Shown piece by piece: positions 9,338 to 19,195 of a stretch of DNA of 64,000 nucleotides. Source of the DNA: Candidatus Limnocylindria bacterium (GTDB lineage: Bacteria > Chloroflexota > Limnocylindria > QHBO01). Within the stretch, counting starts at the first letter, position 1. Each line of letters begins with the position of its first letter. The position numbers and the translations under genes are program-made. The stretch lies in contig JBBQGI010000002.1 in assembly GCA_038322875.1 (NCBI GenBank), forward strand, positions 4,348 to 68,347. The letters are read 5' to 3'. The notes beneath the pieces were generated by a model. That model worked only from the letters and a program-made list of their open reading frames with translations, did no database searches and was not told where the DNA came from.

Positions 9338-10451
9338 CGACCGGTGCCTCCTCGACGGTCACGCCGTCGTGGGGCGCGCTGCCATGGGCCGCGGCCGCGG
9401 TGGCCACCCCGGCATCCGATCGAATGTCGATGCGCCAGCCGGTCAGCTTCGCGGCGAGGCGGGCATTCTGGCCCTCCTTGCCGATCGCCAGTGAGAGCTG
9501 GCGTTCTGGCACCACCACGTTTGCGATCTTGTGCTCTTCGTCGATGCGGACGCTCAGGACCTCGGCCGGCGACAGCGCCTCGGCCACAAACTGCGATGGG
9601 TCCTCGTTCCAGAGCACCACGTCCACCTTCTCGCCATTGAGCTCGGCGACGATTGCCTGGATCCGCGCCCCGCGCTGTCCGACCGCGGCGCCCTTGGCGT
9701 CGACGCCGACCTGGCGGCTCTCGACGGCCACCTTGGACCGACTGCCGGCCTCCCGAGCGATGCCCCGGATGACCACCGTGCCGTTGTAGATCTCGGGGAT
9801 CTCCATCTCCATCACGCGGCGCAGGAAGCCACGATGGGTCCGGCTCACCACCAGGACCGGCCCACGTGTGGTACGCCGTACCTCGAGCACGTAGACCTTG
9901 AGGTGCTGGCCGATGCGATAGTGCTCACCGGGGAGCTGCTCGCTCACCGCCAGCACCGCCTCCACCCCTTTCCCCATGTCGAGCACGACCGCCTGGTCGG
10001 TGGTGCGATGCACGACACCGGTCATGATCTCGCCTTCGCGGCTGGCGTACTGGCTGTAGACGACGTCGCGCTCCGCCTCGCGGAGGCGCTGCCGATAGAC
10101 CTGCCCCGCCGTCTGAGCGGCGATCCGCCCGAGCTGTGCCTGGGTCACGTTCTCAGGAACCCGCACCTTCGCCCCGACGCCGGTTGCTGGATCGATCAGC
10201 TGCGCGGCGCCGACCAGCATCTGGAGCTCCGGATCGAGGACCTCGTCGGGGGTGGCGACAACCTCGTACTCGCGGTAGACGCTGATCTGCCCCGACTCGG
10301 GATCGACGCGCACCACGACGTTCTCGGGAGCGTCGGCGTTGCGCCGATAGGCGGACTCGATCGCCTGCTCCAGGGTCTCGATGAGGATCTCCTGTGGAAC
10401 GCCCTTTTCAGCGTTCAACTGGAGCAAGGCTCCGATAAAGTCTCGGTTCAC
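9318..10451 (-). CDS. nusA: transcription termination/antitermination factor NusA
   Basis: N-terminal domain, S1 and two KH domains; start trimmed to GTG (V21) preceded by GAGGTG. Confidence 0.9.
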   Translation of the reverse strand: MNRDFIGALLQLNAEKGVPQEILIETLEQAIESAYRRNADAPENVVVRVDPESGQISVYREYEVVATPDEVLDPELQMLVGAAQLIDPATGVGAKVRVPENVTQAQLGRIAAQTAGQVYRQRLREAERDVVYSQYASREGEIMTGVVHRTTDQAVVLDMGKGVEAVLAVSEQLPGEHYRIGQHLKVYVLEVRRTTRGPVLVVSRTHRGFLRRVMEMEIPEIYNGTVVIRGIAREAGSRSKVAVESRQVGVDAKGAAVGQRGARIQAIVAELNGEKVDVVLWNEDPSQFVAEALSPAEVLSVRIDEEHKIANVVVPERQLSLAIGKEGQNARLAAKLTGWRIDIRSDAGVATAAAAHGSAPHDGVTVEEAPVDAEAEA

Positions 10452-10567
10452 ATCCGCACCTCGCCCTGGCCGGGCTCCAAACAAAAACGTGGGACTGGCG
10501 AACCGACCCACGTTGGCACTGAATCAGTATCGATTTGGCTCGCTCGAAGGTCCGCGAAACCGCCCGG

Positions 10568-10576
10568 AGTATAGCA
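10568..10576 (-). promoter_or_regulatory. extended -10 element TGCTATACT (minus strand) upstream of nusA operon
   Basis: Plus strand agtatagca; ~110 nt upstream of nusA GTG start; intergenic. Confidence 0.4.
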
Positions 10577-10619
10577 GCCGAGGCGGGTCGCCGCCACCCT
10601 CCCGAGGTGCCCGGGTGGC

Positions 10620-11747
10620 CTAGCCGCCGATCAGATTGGCGACGTCGCGGATCGAGATGAGGATCACCAGCAGGATCAGGACCATGAAGCCGGTGAGGTA
10701 CACCAGCGCCTCGCGTTCGGCGGGCAGACGTCGCCTGCGGATCGCTTCGACCACCACCACCGCGATCCGCCCGCCATCGAGCGGCGGGAAGGGCAGCACG
10801 TTCAGGACCGCCAGGTTGACCGAGAGGATCCCGACGAAGATGAGCTGGCTCACGAGCGGGGCGCGGAGGACCTTGCCAGTTTCCGAGGCGATCCCGATCG
10901 GCCCCACGGCGGTGCCGGCATCAGGCGCCAGTCCCAGCAGCCCCGCGACCGCTGAGGCCAGGCCGCCGGGAATCTTGAGCGCCAGGTCGCCGGCCGCCTT
11001 CACCCCTTCCCAGCCGGCCGCCAGCGGTCCACTGACGGCGGGAGGCACCTCGACAAAGGATTCGGGCTCGTAGCCAAAGCCGACCGCGCCGAGGCCCTTC
11101 GCCTCGTCGCTGGCCGTGAGCGCGCGGGGAGTGACGGCGAGCCTCCGCTCCTGACCGCCGCGCAGGACGGTCAGGTCGACCTGGTGCCCTGCCTGCGACC
11201 GCACGTAGGCGGTCAGGTCACGGGAGATCGGGAATGCACGGCCATCGGCCGCGGTGATCACGTCGCCCACCTGCAGGCCGGCCGTCACCGCGGGGCTGTC
11301 GGCCTGCACATCGGTCACAGTCAACGGGCCGCGGCCCTGCTGGCCCGGCAGGCTGAGGGCAACCCCGAAGAGCAGTGCCGCCAGGGCGAAGTTCATGAAG
11401 ACGCCGGCCACCAGGACCACGATGCGAACCCAGATCGGCTTGCGGTTGAAGGCGCCCTCCATGGCCTTGTCGATGGCCGCCTCCGAGAGGCCTCGCTTGC
11501 GCATCTTCTCGGACTCGAGGTCCCCATCCTCGCCGAGCATCTTCACGAACCCGCCCAACGGGATCCAGTTCACGGAATAGCGCGTACCGCGCCAGATTAC
11601 CGAGCCGATGCGCGGCGGGAAGCCGATGCCGAATTCCTGCACGGTGATGCCGGCTCGTTTGGCGACGATGAAGTGGCCGAACTCGTGGACGAGCACCAGC
11701 ACCACCAGCACCCCGATGAACGCCAGGACGGTCCCAAGGACGTCCAT
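10620..11747 (-). CDS. rseP: RIP metalloprotease RseP (site-2 protease)
   Basis: HEFGHFIVAK zinc motif, PDZ domain, LDGG motif. Confidence 0.85.
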   Translation of the reverse strand: MDVLGTVLAFIGVLVVLVLVHEFGHFIVAKRAGITVQEFGIGFPPRIGSVIWRGTRYSVNWIPLGGFVKMLGEDGDLESEKMRKRGLSEAAIDKAMEGAFNRKPIWVRIVVLVAGVFMNFALAALLFGVALSLPGQQGRGPLTVTDVQADSPAVTAGLQVGDVITAADGRAFPISRDLTAYVRSQAGHQVDLTVLRGGQERRLAVTPRALTASDEAKGLGAVGFGYEPESFVEVPPAVSGPLAAGWEGVKAAGDLALKIPGGLASAVAGLLGLAPDAGTAVGPIGIASETGKVLRAPLVSQLIFVGILSVNLAVLNVLPFPPLDGGRIAVVVVEAIRRRRLPAEREALVYLTGFMVLILLVILISIRDVANLIGG

Positions 11748-12895
11748 CAGTCTGGCCCGCCCAGACCCAGGTCGATCGACAGGGCGGCACGGACTTCGGC
11801 ATCCAGGGCCACGATCCCCTCGAGGTCGGGCTCGGCGGGGGCTCCCCAGCGCTCGACGGCGTCGGAGATCACGCCCGCGATGCGCGGGAAGGCGATCGTC
11901 CCAGCCAGGAAGGCCGCCACGGCGGCTTCATCGGCGGCGTTGAGGATGGTGCCGCGATTGCCGCCGACCGCCGCTGCCTCGCGAACCGTGTCGTACGCGG
12001 GAAAGCGACCCGGCGCCAGAGACTCGAACTGGAGATCTCCCCACTCCTCGGGGGATGCGCGCCGAGCTGGAGAAGGCAGGCGCTCGGGATGGGTGAGCGC
12101 GTACTGGATCGGGAGCCGCATGTCCGGGAGGCCGAGCTGGGCCTTGTACGAGCCATCCGTGAACTCCACGAGCGAGTGCACCACGCTCTGGGGGTGGATC
12201 ACAGCCTGAATCCTATCGTACGGAAGCCGGTACAGCCATTTCGCCTCGATCGCTTCGAAGGCCTTGTTGACCAGGGTCGCCGAGTCGATCGTGATCTTGG
12301 GGCCCATCTGCCAGGTCGGATGGGAGAGCGCCTCCGCCGGCGTCACGGCCCCGAGTTCCGAGGGGGCGCGGCCTCGAAACGGCCCCCCCGAGGCCGTGAG
12401 GACGAGACGCGCCACGTCGGCCAGCCGTTCCCCGACGAGGCATTGCCAGATCGCGGAATGCTCCGAATCGACAGGGCGCAGCCGCTCGAGGGGGTCGGCC
12501 CCGAGGCCGTCCAGCAGCCCCTCGACAAGGTGGCCGCCGGTGACCAGCGTCTCCTTGTTCGCGAGCGCGACTCGGCGACCCGCCGCCAGGGCCGCCATCA
12601 CCGCCCGCAGCGCAGCCATGCCGGTGGTGGCTACCACGACGATCTCGGCGTCGTCCAGCGTGGCCAGTTCTTCCAGTCCGCCGCTTGCCCAGCGCTCGCG
12701 CACCAGCGCCCGGGGCCTGGCGTCGATGCACCAGGCGCGCGCCGATGGCCACTCGGCCACCTGCATCTGAAACTCGGCGGTTGCTCGCCCCGCGGCGAGC
12801 CCAACGACGTTGAATCGATCGCGATGGGCGGCGATCACCTCCAGCGCCTGGCGGCCAATCGATCCGGTCGAGCCGAGGACGACGACCCCGGTCAC
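11747..12895 (-). CDS. dxr: 1-deoxy-D-xylulose 5-phosphate reductoisomerase
   Basis: VLGSTGSIG NADPH-binding N-terminus; GTG start overlapping cdsA stop (GTGA); upstream Arg-rich extension of the ORF rejected. Confidence 0.9.
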   Translation of the reverse strand: MTGVVVLGSTGSIGRQALEVIAAHRDRFNVVGLAAGRATAEFQMQVAEWPSARAWCIDARPRALVRERWASGGLEELATLDDAEIVVVATTGMAALRAVMAALAAGRRVALANKETLVTGGHLVEGLLDGLGADPLERLRPVDSEHSAIWQCLVGERLADVARLVLTASGGPFRGRAPSELGAVTPAEALSHPTWQMGPKITIDSATLVNKAFEAIEAKWLYRLPYDRIQAVIHPQSVVHSLVEFTDGSYKAQLGLPDMRLPIQYALTHPERLPSPARRASPEEWGDLQFESLAPGRFPAYDTVREAAAVGGNRGTILNAADEAAVAAFLAGTIAFPRIAGVISDAVERWGAPAEPDLEGIVALDAEVRAALSIDLGLGGPD

Positions 12896-13791
12896 AGGCC
12901 GAAGCCGGTGACCAGCAGCGCATACGCGGCCAGAACCGGAGCGGCGAACAGGAAGGAGTCGATCCGATCGAGAATGCCGCCATGGCCCGGCACCAGGAAG
13001 CCTGACTCTTTGCGACCGGCGGCGCGTTTGACCATCGACTCGGCCAGGTCCCCGGCCTGCGCTGCGAGGCCGACGAGCGGACCGATGACGAGTGGCTGCC
13101 ATGGCTCCAGCCCGACGAGCCAGGCGCCGAGCCCGGCGGCCACCGTCGCCACCAGCAGACCTCCGATCAGCCCCTCGACCGTTTTGGACGGGCTGATGTG
13201 ATCGATCAGGCGCCGCCGCCCCAGCCAGCGGCCGGTCAGGTAGGCGCCCGAGTCGTAGCCCCACACAACCAGCACGAGGAGGAGCATCCAGGCCGAGCCG
13301 GAGTGCAGGTTAAGCGCGCCGGTCGGACTCGTCGCCGAGCCGCCCGAGGGGGCAAGGTGGGCGACGACGACGATGAACGGGGCCAGGAGGGCAACGTACG
13401 CGACCCCGAACGACGTCACTGCCCATGTCAGGAAACCATCCCGCGGCTCCTGGCGCGTGAAGCCCACGATCCCGAGCACGACAACCACCGCCGCGTAGGC
13501 CACCGCGGGCAGGCCGGGCGGTTCCGTTTGCCGCAGCAGATCGGCCAGCGCCCCGCCCACCAGCGCCTGATTGGCAGCCACCAGGCCGGCGCCCGCGACC
13601 AGCAGTCCGGCCGCGAGTGCAACCACCTGCGGCGGCGCGAAGCCGCCCGCATCCAGGAGTGCGATGAGCTCGACCATCGCCAGAAAGACGAGCAGCCCGA
13701 CCAACAGCGAGACCCACGGCTCGCCGACCAGTGCCACCAGGACGACGATCGGCGCCAGGATCCCGGCGCTGATCAGGCGGGTGGCGAGCAT
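12892..13791 (-). CDS. cdsA: phosphatidate cytidylyltransferase
   Basis: Multi-TM protein with C-terminal CdsA signature GHGGILDRIDS; start trimmed to M148. Confidence 0.85.
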   Translation of the reverse strand: MLATRLISAGILAPIVVLVALVGEPWVSLLVGLLVFLAMVELIALLDAGGFAPPQVVALAAGLLVAGAGLVAANQALVGGALADLLRQTEPPGLPAVAYAAVVVVLGIVGFTRQEPRDGFLTWAVTSFGVAYVALLAPFIVVVAHLAPSGGSATSPTGALNLHSGSAWMLLLVLVVWGYDSGAYLTGRWLGRRRLIDHISPSKTVEGLIGGLLVATVAAGLGAWLVGLEPWQPLVIGPLVGLAAQAGDLAESMVKRAAGRKESGFLVPGHGGILDRIDSFLFAAPVLAAYALLVTGFGL

Positions 13792-13798
13792 TGGCTCA

Positions 13799-14452
13799 TC
13801 ATGCGCCGTAGCGTCGCTGGCGTTGTGCGTACTCGTCGATCGCCGCGTCGAGGTCTGCCTCGCGGAAGTCGGGCCACAGGGTCGGCGTGAAGATGAGCTC
13901 TGCATAGGCTCCCTGCCAGAGCAGGAAATTGCTGGTCCGCTGCTCGCCGCCGGTGCGGATGATGAGATCGGGGTCGGGCTGGCCGGCGGTGTAGAGGTGC
14001 TCGCCGAACCGGTCCTCGTCGATCTCAGGTGCGGGCACGCCGGCAGCGACGAGGGCGCGTGCCGCGTCGATGATCTCTGCTCGGCCCGCATAGTTGAAGG
14101 CGATGTTGAGCGCCATCCGCACGCCCGCCTTGGTGCGCTCCTCGGCTTCCCGGATCGAGCGGACGATGTCGGCCGGCGCCTCGTGCAGGCGCCCGATGAC
14201 CCGCACCCTGACCCCCTGCGCCACCAGCTCATCGGTGTGCTGGCGAACGGCGCCGTCGATCAGTCCGAGCAGGCCGGTCACCTCGTCGTCGGGGCGCCGC
14301 CAGTTCTCGCGGCTGAAGACGTAAAGGGAGAGCACCTCGATCCCTTTGTCCGGCGCCACCCGGACCACCGGCCGTATCGCCTCAACTCCCTGGACGTGGC
14401 CGGCGATGGCGGGCAGTCCGCGCGCCGCGGCCCAGCGCCGATTGCCATCCAT
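13799..14452 (-). CDS. uppS: undecaprenyl diphosphate synthase
   Basis: MDGNRRWA, FSRENW, cis-prenyltransferase motifs; true start probably a non-ATG codon near 14491 (see findings). Confidence 0.85.
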   Translation of the reverse strand: MDGNRRWAAARGLPAIAGHVQGVEAIRPVVRVAPDKGIEVLSLYVFSRENWRRPDDEVTGLLGLIDGAVRQHTDELVAQGVRVRVIGRLHEAPADIVRSIREAEERTKAGVRMALNIAFNYAGRAEIIDAARALVAAGVPAPEIDEDRFGEHLYTAGQPDPDLIIRTGGEQRTSNFLLWQGAYAELIFTPTLWPDFREADLDAAIDEYAQRQRRYGA

Positions 14453-14495
14453 GATGATCGCGACGTGTCGCGGATGCTCACGGACGGGCAGCGCC

Positions 14496-15053
14496 TCAGA
14501 CCTCCATCACTTCCGCTTCTTTGCGCTCGGCACGGGCGTCGACCATCTCCACGAAGCGGTCCGTCATGCGCTGCAGCGCCTCGAGCTCACGGCGCTCCTC
14601 GTCCTCGGAGAGGGACCCGTCGCGCAGCCCTTTCTTGAGGTGATCGGCGACCTCGCGACGGTGGCCGCGCAGCTCGACCCGCGCCTCCTCCACCCGACGC
14701 CGGACCTGCTTCACCATCTCGCGGCGTCGCTCCTCGGTCAGCGGAGGGACGTTCAACCGCACCACGGTCCCGTCGACGTTGGGGGTCAGGCCGATGTCGC
14801 TCTTGATCAGGGCGCGCTCGATTGCCGACAGCACCGATCGGTCCCAGGGCTGGATCACGATCAGGTGCGGATCCGGGGTGCTGATGCCGGCGATCTGGTT
14901 GAGGGGCGTCGGCGTGCCGTAGTACTCGACCTGGATCCGCTCGACCAGCGCAGTTGACGCTCGTCCGGTGCGGATGGCGCCGAAGTCGCGCTCCATCGCC
15001 TCCACGGTGCGCTGCATCTTCGGCTCGGCCGCCACGATCTCCGCGTGAGTCAC
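14496..15053 (-). CDS. frr: ribosome recycling factor
   Basis: Conserved Frr sequence and length. Confidence 0.95.
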   Translation of the reverse strand: MTHAEIVAAEPKMQRTVEAMERDFGAIRTGRASTALVERIQVEYYGTPTPLNQIAGISTPDPHLIVIQPWDRSVLSAIERALIKSDIGLTPNVDGTVVRLNVPPLTEERRREMVKQVRRRVEEARVELRGHRREVADHLKKGLRDGSLSEDEERRELEALQRMTDRFVEMVDARAERKEAEVMEV

Positions 15054-15799
15054 GACTGGACCTCGCCACTGATACGGGTGCCAATCGCCTCGCCCCGCAG
15101 CGCGCGGAGGATGTTGCCGGGCTGTGTCATGTCGAAGACCACGATCGGCATCTCATTGTCCATCGCCAGGCTCACCGCAGTGGCATCGAGTGCCTCGAGC
15201 CGGTTCGCCAGGAGCTCGGTATACCCGATCTGCGTGAAGCGTGTCGCACCGGGATGCTTCTCCGGGTCGGCGTCATACACGCCATCGACGCGGGTCGCCT
15301 TCAGGATCACCTCGGCGGCGAGCTCGACGGCGCGCAGGGTGGCCGCGGTATCGGTCGTGAAGTATGGGTTGCCGGTGCCGGCCACGAGGACCACGACGCG
15401 GCCCTTCTCGAGATGCCGGACCGCCCGACGCCGGATGTACGGCTCGGAGATCTCGTTCATGGCGATGGCGCTCATCACGCGGGTGGCGCACTCCGCCTGC
15501 TCGAGCGCGTCCTGCAGAGCGAGGCCGTTCATCGCCGTGGCGAGCATCCCCATGTAGTCTGCCGTCGCACGGTCCATGCCCGACGCGGCAGCAGCCACCC
15601 CGCGAAAGATGTTGCCGCCCCCGACCACCACGGCGACCTCGATCCCGTCGCGGCGCGCTTCGGCCACCTGGGCGGCGATGCCGCGCACGACCTCGGGGTC
15701 GATTCCGTACTGGCGGCCGCCCATCAGGGCCTCACCGGACAGCTTCAGGAGCACCCGCTGCGGGAGGGACGCCGCAGGCCGGCCGGGCTGCTCTGACAC
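15050..15799 (-). CDS. pyrH: UMP kinase
   Basis: [10 protein letters not shown]-terminus, amino acid kinase fold. Confidence 0.95.
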   Translation of the reverse strand: MSEQPGRPAASLPQRVLLKLSGEALMGGRQYGIDPEVVRGIAAQVAEARRDGIEVAVVVGGGNIFRGVAAAASGMDRATADYMGMLATAMNGLALQDALEQAECATRVMSAIAMNEISEPYIRRRAVRHLEKGRVVVLVAGTGNPYFTTDTAATLRAVELAAEVILKATRVDGVYDADPEKHPGATRFTQIGYTELLANRLEALDATAVSLAMDNEMPIVVFDMTQPGNILRALRGEAIGTRISGEVQS

Positions 15800-16417
15800 C
15801 TAGGCGGCCTCCTGCCCGTCACGCTCCGCCGTCTCGCCGACCGCCATACGGGCGAATCGCGCGACCCGGATGTTCTCGCCGAGGAGCGCGATCTTCTCGG
15901 TGATCAGGTCGCTCACCCGGCGGTCGGTATCCCGGAATGGCAGCTCGAGCAGGCAGACGGACTCGAGCCACTTGTTGACCTTGCCCTCCACGATCTCGTC
16001 GATGCGGTCAGCGGGGCGGCCGTCGCGCACGGCCTCCGCCGCGAACTCGGCGCGGTGCTCGGCAAGCACGTCGGCGGGCACCTCGTCGCGGCTCACGTAC
16101 GACGGGTCACGTCCGGCGACCTCGATCGCCAGCTGACGCGCGAGCTGCTGGAAGTCGTCGGTGCGCGCCACGAAATCGGTCTCGCAGTTGAGCTCCAGCA
16201 GGACGCCCAGGCGTGCGCCATGGTGGATGTAGCTGGCGATGACGCCCTCGCGTGCAGCCCGGCCCGCCTTCTTGGCCGCCGTCGAGAGGCCCTTCTCACG
16301 CAGCCAGGCGATCGCCTGCTCCACGTCGCCTGAGCTGCTCTCGAGCGCCCGCTTGCAGTCCATGATTCCCGCCCCCGTCTGCTCGCGGAGGCGCTTTACG
16401 TCCTCGGGTCTGATCAT
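15800..16417 (-). CDS. tsf: elongation factor Ts (short form)
   Basis: MIRPEDVKRLREQTGAGIMDCKRAL N-terminus; ORF N-terminal extension (TTG-initiated, Arg-rich) rejected. Confidence 0.9.
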   Translation of the reverse strand: MIRPEDVKRLREQTGAGIMDCKRALESSSGDVEQAIAWLREKGLSTAAKKAGRAAREGVIASYIHHGARLGVLLELNCETDFVARTDDFQQLARQLAIEVAGRDPSYVSRDEVPADVLAEHRAEFAAEAVRDGRPADRIDEIVEGKVNKWLESVCLLELPFRDTDRRVSDLITEKIALLGENIRVARFARMAVGETAERDGQEAA

Positions 16418-16457
16418 CGCGTGTCGGTTGTTCCTTCCTGTCAAGACCGATGCCGAC

Positions 16458-17351
16458 TCAGGCAAGGGTCGGGTCTTCCTCGGTCTCTTCTTCTGAGGCC
16501 TCGGCCGCTCGGCGCGCGCGCGCGCGACGCTCCTCCTCCTCGTCCTCCTCGGGCTCCGGCTCGAAGACGAGCGCCTCGCCGCTGGCGAGCGCGGCGCTGT
16601 AGTCGGCATCGGCCACCAGGGCGGCGTCGTCAACCGGCGGCAGCGCCTCGGCCTGCTCGAACTCCTCGTCGAGCCTTGCCTGGCGTTCGGCCTGCGCCTC
16701 CAGCGCTGCCTCGGCCACCTGGGCGCAGATCAGGCGGACCGATCGGATCGCGTCGTCATTGGCGGGGATCACCCAGTCGATCTGGTCGGGATCGCAATTC
16801 GTGTCGGTGATGGCCACGATGGGGATCTCCAGGCGGCGGGCCTCCAGGACCGCGATCGACTCGCGATGCGGGTCGACGATGAAGAGCGCGCCGGGGAGGC
16901 GTCGCATGCGCCGGATCCCACCGAGCGCCGCGTTGAGCTTGGTGATTTCCTCCCCGAGCTTGCCCGCCTCCTTCTTCGTCAGCCGCTCGAACTCCCCCGC
17001 TTCACGACGCGCCTCGAGCGCCTCGAGGCGCTGGATCCGGCGCTTGATGGTCGTGAAGTTGGTGAGCATGCCGCCGAGCCAGCGGTTGTTGACGAAATGC
17101 TGGCCGGATCGCTCGGCCTCGGACGAGACCGATTCCTGGGCCTGCTTCTTGGTGCCGACGAACAGGATCGAGTCGCCTTTGCGGACGGTCTCGCGAACGA
17201 ATTCGAGAGCGGCGTCCAGGCGCGTGACCGTCTGCGCAAGGTCGATGATGTGGATGCCGTTGCGCTCCCCAAAGATGAAGTCGCGCATCTTGGGGTTCCA
17301 GCGGCGGGTCTGGTGTCCAAAGTGGACGCCAGCCTCCAGCAGCTGCTTCAT
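16458..17351 (-). CDS. rpsB: 30S ribosomal protein S2 with acidic C-terminal tail
   Basis: [22 protein letters not shown]; start trimmed to M97. Confidence 0.9.
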   Translation of the reverse strand: MKQLLEAGVHFGHQTRRWNPKMRDFIFGERNGIHIIDLAQTVTRLDAALEFVRETVRKGDSILFVGTKKQAQESVSSEAERSGQHFVNNRWLGGMLTNFTTIKRRIQRLEALEARREAGEFERLTKKEAGKLGEEITKLNAALGGIRRMRRLPGALFIVDPHRESIAVLEARRLEIPIVAITDTNCDPDQIDWVIPANDDAIRSVRLICAQVAEAALEAQAERQARLDEEFEQAEALPPVDDAALVADADYSAALASGEALVFEPEPEEDEEEERRARARRAAEASEEETEEDPTLA

Positions 17352-17522
17352 GGAGATGGCAGCCAAACGGGTTCCTCCGGTTCTTCCTCCGCTCGCCTTC
17401 AACTCCCGGCGTCGACCCGTCGCGAGCGACGGGCACCGTAGACCGCGGGATCGGCGGGCGTGTGTGATGGGATCGATCGGCGGCATCCGACGCTTTTGAC
17501 AGCCGATGCCAGACCGTGCAGC

Positions 17523-17531
17523 AGTATAGCA
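17523..17531 (-). promoter_or_regulatory. extended -10 element TGCTATACT upstream of rpsB
   Basis: Plus strand agtatagca in rpsB 5' region, ~170 nt leader. Confidence 0.4.
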
Positions 17532-17677
17532 CCGCCCGACTGACCCCTGGCTGAGCACGATCGGGAAGTGGGCCTGCACGGTACCGAAGTACCCCAATCC
17601 CCACCCTCTCGTACCTTGACCATGCGTCGATGGCTGCAACGATGCCCCTGCTCGTCCGCCAAGGAGTCATCTCCCGC

Positions 17678-18772
17678 ATGCCGATTCGACGCTCTCTGCC
17701 GCTGGTCCGGATTGCCGCTCTCCTCGCCATCCTGGCCGGCACGGCATTCGCCCTGCCCGCGGAGGCGACCGACAGGGTCGTCGTGGTCCAGCCTGGCGAC
17801 ACCCTCAGCGGGATTGCGCTGCAGCACGGCCTCACCGTCACGCGGCTGCTGGCCCTCAATACGATCGCCGATCCCAACCGGATCTACGCCGGACAGCGCC
17901 TGCGCATCACCGGCCAGCCGGCCGCCGCGGTCGCGCCGGTCTCCACACCACCGGCACCGGCGCCGGTCGTCCACGTGGTTCAGCCCGGCGAGCATCTCAC
18001 CGGCATCGCCAGGCGGTACGGAACCACGATCGCCGCCATCGCCGCGGCGAACGGCATCAAGAACCCCTCCTTCCTGCGGGTCGGATGGAACCTCACCATT
18101 CCGGACGCCGCCGGGCCCTCGGTACCTGCCGAAGCGACCGTCGCGACCCCTCCGGCCGCTGCCTCGGTTCCCAGGGTGCACGTGGTGACCAGCGGCCAAA
18201 CGCTCACGGCGATCGCCAGGCAATACGGAACCACCATCAGCGCCATCGTCGGAGCGAACGGCATCAAGAAGCCCTCATACCTGCGCGTCGGTCAGAAGCT
18301 CACCATCCCCGGCAGCAGCGCAGCACCAGCCAGCGCCACGGCGCTGCCGATGAGCATGGCTGCCACCGCGGCTGCTCGCGACGACGTCCGGGCGATCCTG
18401 GAAGCCGAGGCGACCGCCCAGGGCGTACCGGTCGCATTTGTCCTTGCGGTCGCCTGGCAGGAGTCGGGCTGGCGGGCCGGCGTGGTCAGCTCGGCGGGCG
18501 CCGTGGGCGTCATGCAGCTCACCCCTGCGACCGCCGACTGGGTCGGCAGCGCGATGCTCGGCACGAAGGTCGACCTGCGCGACCCAAGATCCAATGTGCA
18601 TGCGGGGATCCGCCTGTTGCAACACTACCTGGCCCGCTATCACGGCGACAAGGCGCTGACCCTCGCCGCCTACTACCAGGGGCAGACGGGGGCGGACCGT
18701 CACGGCGTGTACCGGATCACGCGTCCGTACATCGCCTCAATCCTTGCGCTGGAGTCGCTCTTCGCGCGCTGA
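17678..18772 (+). CDS. secreted peptidoglycan lytic transglycosylase with four LysM repeats and C-terminal SLT domain
   Basis: Signal peptide; four repeats of VQPGDTLSGIA / VTSGQTLTAIA type; SLT motif ESGW / GVMQLTPATA / AYYQG. Confidence 0.8.
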   Translation: MPIRRSLPLVRIAALLAILAGTAFALPAEATDRVVVVQPGDTLSGIALQHGLTVTRLLALNTIADPNRIYAGQRLRITGQPAAAVAPVSTPPAPAPVVHVVQPGEHLTGIARRYGTTIAAIAAANGIKNPSFLRVGWNLTIPDAAGPSVPAEATVATPPAAASVPRVHVVTSGQTLTAIARQYGTTISAIVGANGIKKPSYLRVGQKLTIPGSSAAPASATALPMSMAATAAARDDVRAILEAEATAQGVPVAFVLAVAWQESGWRAGVVSSAGAVGVMQLTPATADWVGSAMLGTKVDLRDPRSNVHAGIRLLQHYLARYHGDKALTLAAYYQGQTGADRHGVYRITRPYIASILALESLFAR

Positions 18773-18783
18773 CCCGCCGCTGC

Positions 18784-19155
18784 TCACCAGGCGTCGATCC
18801 CGGTGTGGTGCGCCAGGCGCCATCGGCCGTCGGCCGTCGGAGCCACAGCGACCAGGTCGACCCGCAGCCCGACGCCCCGTCGGGAGCGCTGCGCCGCCTT
18901 AAACGTCCCGAGCGCCGCGCGCAGCCGGCTCAGCCGGCGTCGGTCGACGCTCTCCAGCGGACCGCCGGCGCGGTGACTGCTGCGCAGCTTGACCTCGACC
19001 GCCACGAGCACCGAGTTCGGGTCGAGCGCGACGATGTCCAGCTCACCCTGGGGGCAGCGCCAGCGGCGCGCCAGCACGGTCCAGCCTCGATTCGCCAGCC
19101 AGGTGGCGACGCGGTCCTCAGCTCGTTCGCCGAGCTCATGTCGCGGATCGGGCAT
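18784..19155 (-). CDS. yraN: YraN family (UPF0102) endonuclease
   Basis: GELDIVA ... VEVK motif; conserved neighbour of rnhB. Confidence 0.8.
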   Translation of the reverse strand: MPDPRHELGERAEDRVATWLANRGWTVLARRWRCPQGELDIVALDPNSVLVAVEVKLRSSHRAGGPLESVDRRRLSRLRAALGTFKAAQRSRRGVGLRVDLVAVAPTADGRWRLAHHTGIDAW

Positions 19156-19195
19156 CTCGATGGCATCCTCGCGGGAGGCGAGTAGCGGCTGATCG

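Noticed and set aside
7714-9789. 691-aa plus-strand ORF antisense to infB/ylxR/nusA
   Set aside because: Antisense to three conserved genes; low-complexity Arg/Gly/Asp-rich translation
11747-13264. 505-aa dxr ORF including 123-aa N-terminal extension overlapping cdsA
   Set aside because: The extension is Arg/Gly-rich, overlaps the bona fide cdsA frame, and the conserved Dxr N-terminus (VLGSTGSIG) begins at the GTG at 12895
17497-17531. Plus-strand sigma70 promoter TTGACA...TATAGC upstream of the LysM-SLT gene
   Set aside because: Spacer between the hexamers is ~23 nt, too long. The A/T hexamer is better explained as the minus-strand TGCTATACT element of rpsB, matching five other instances.
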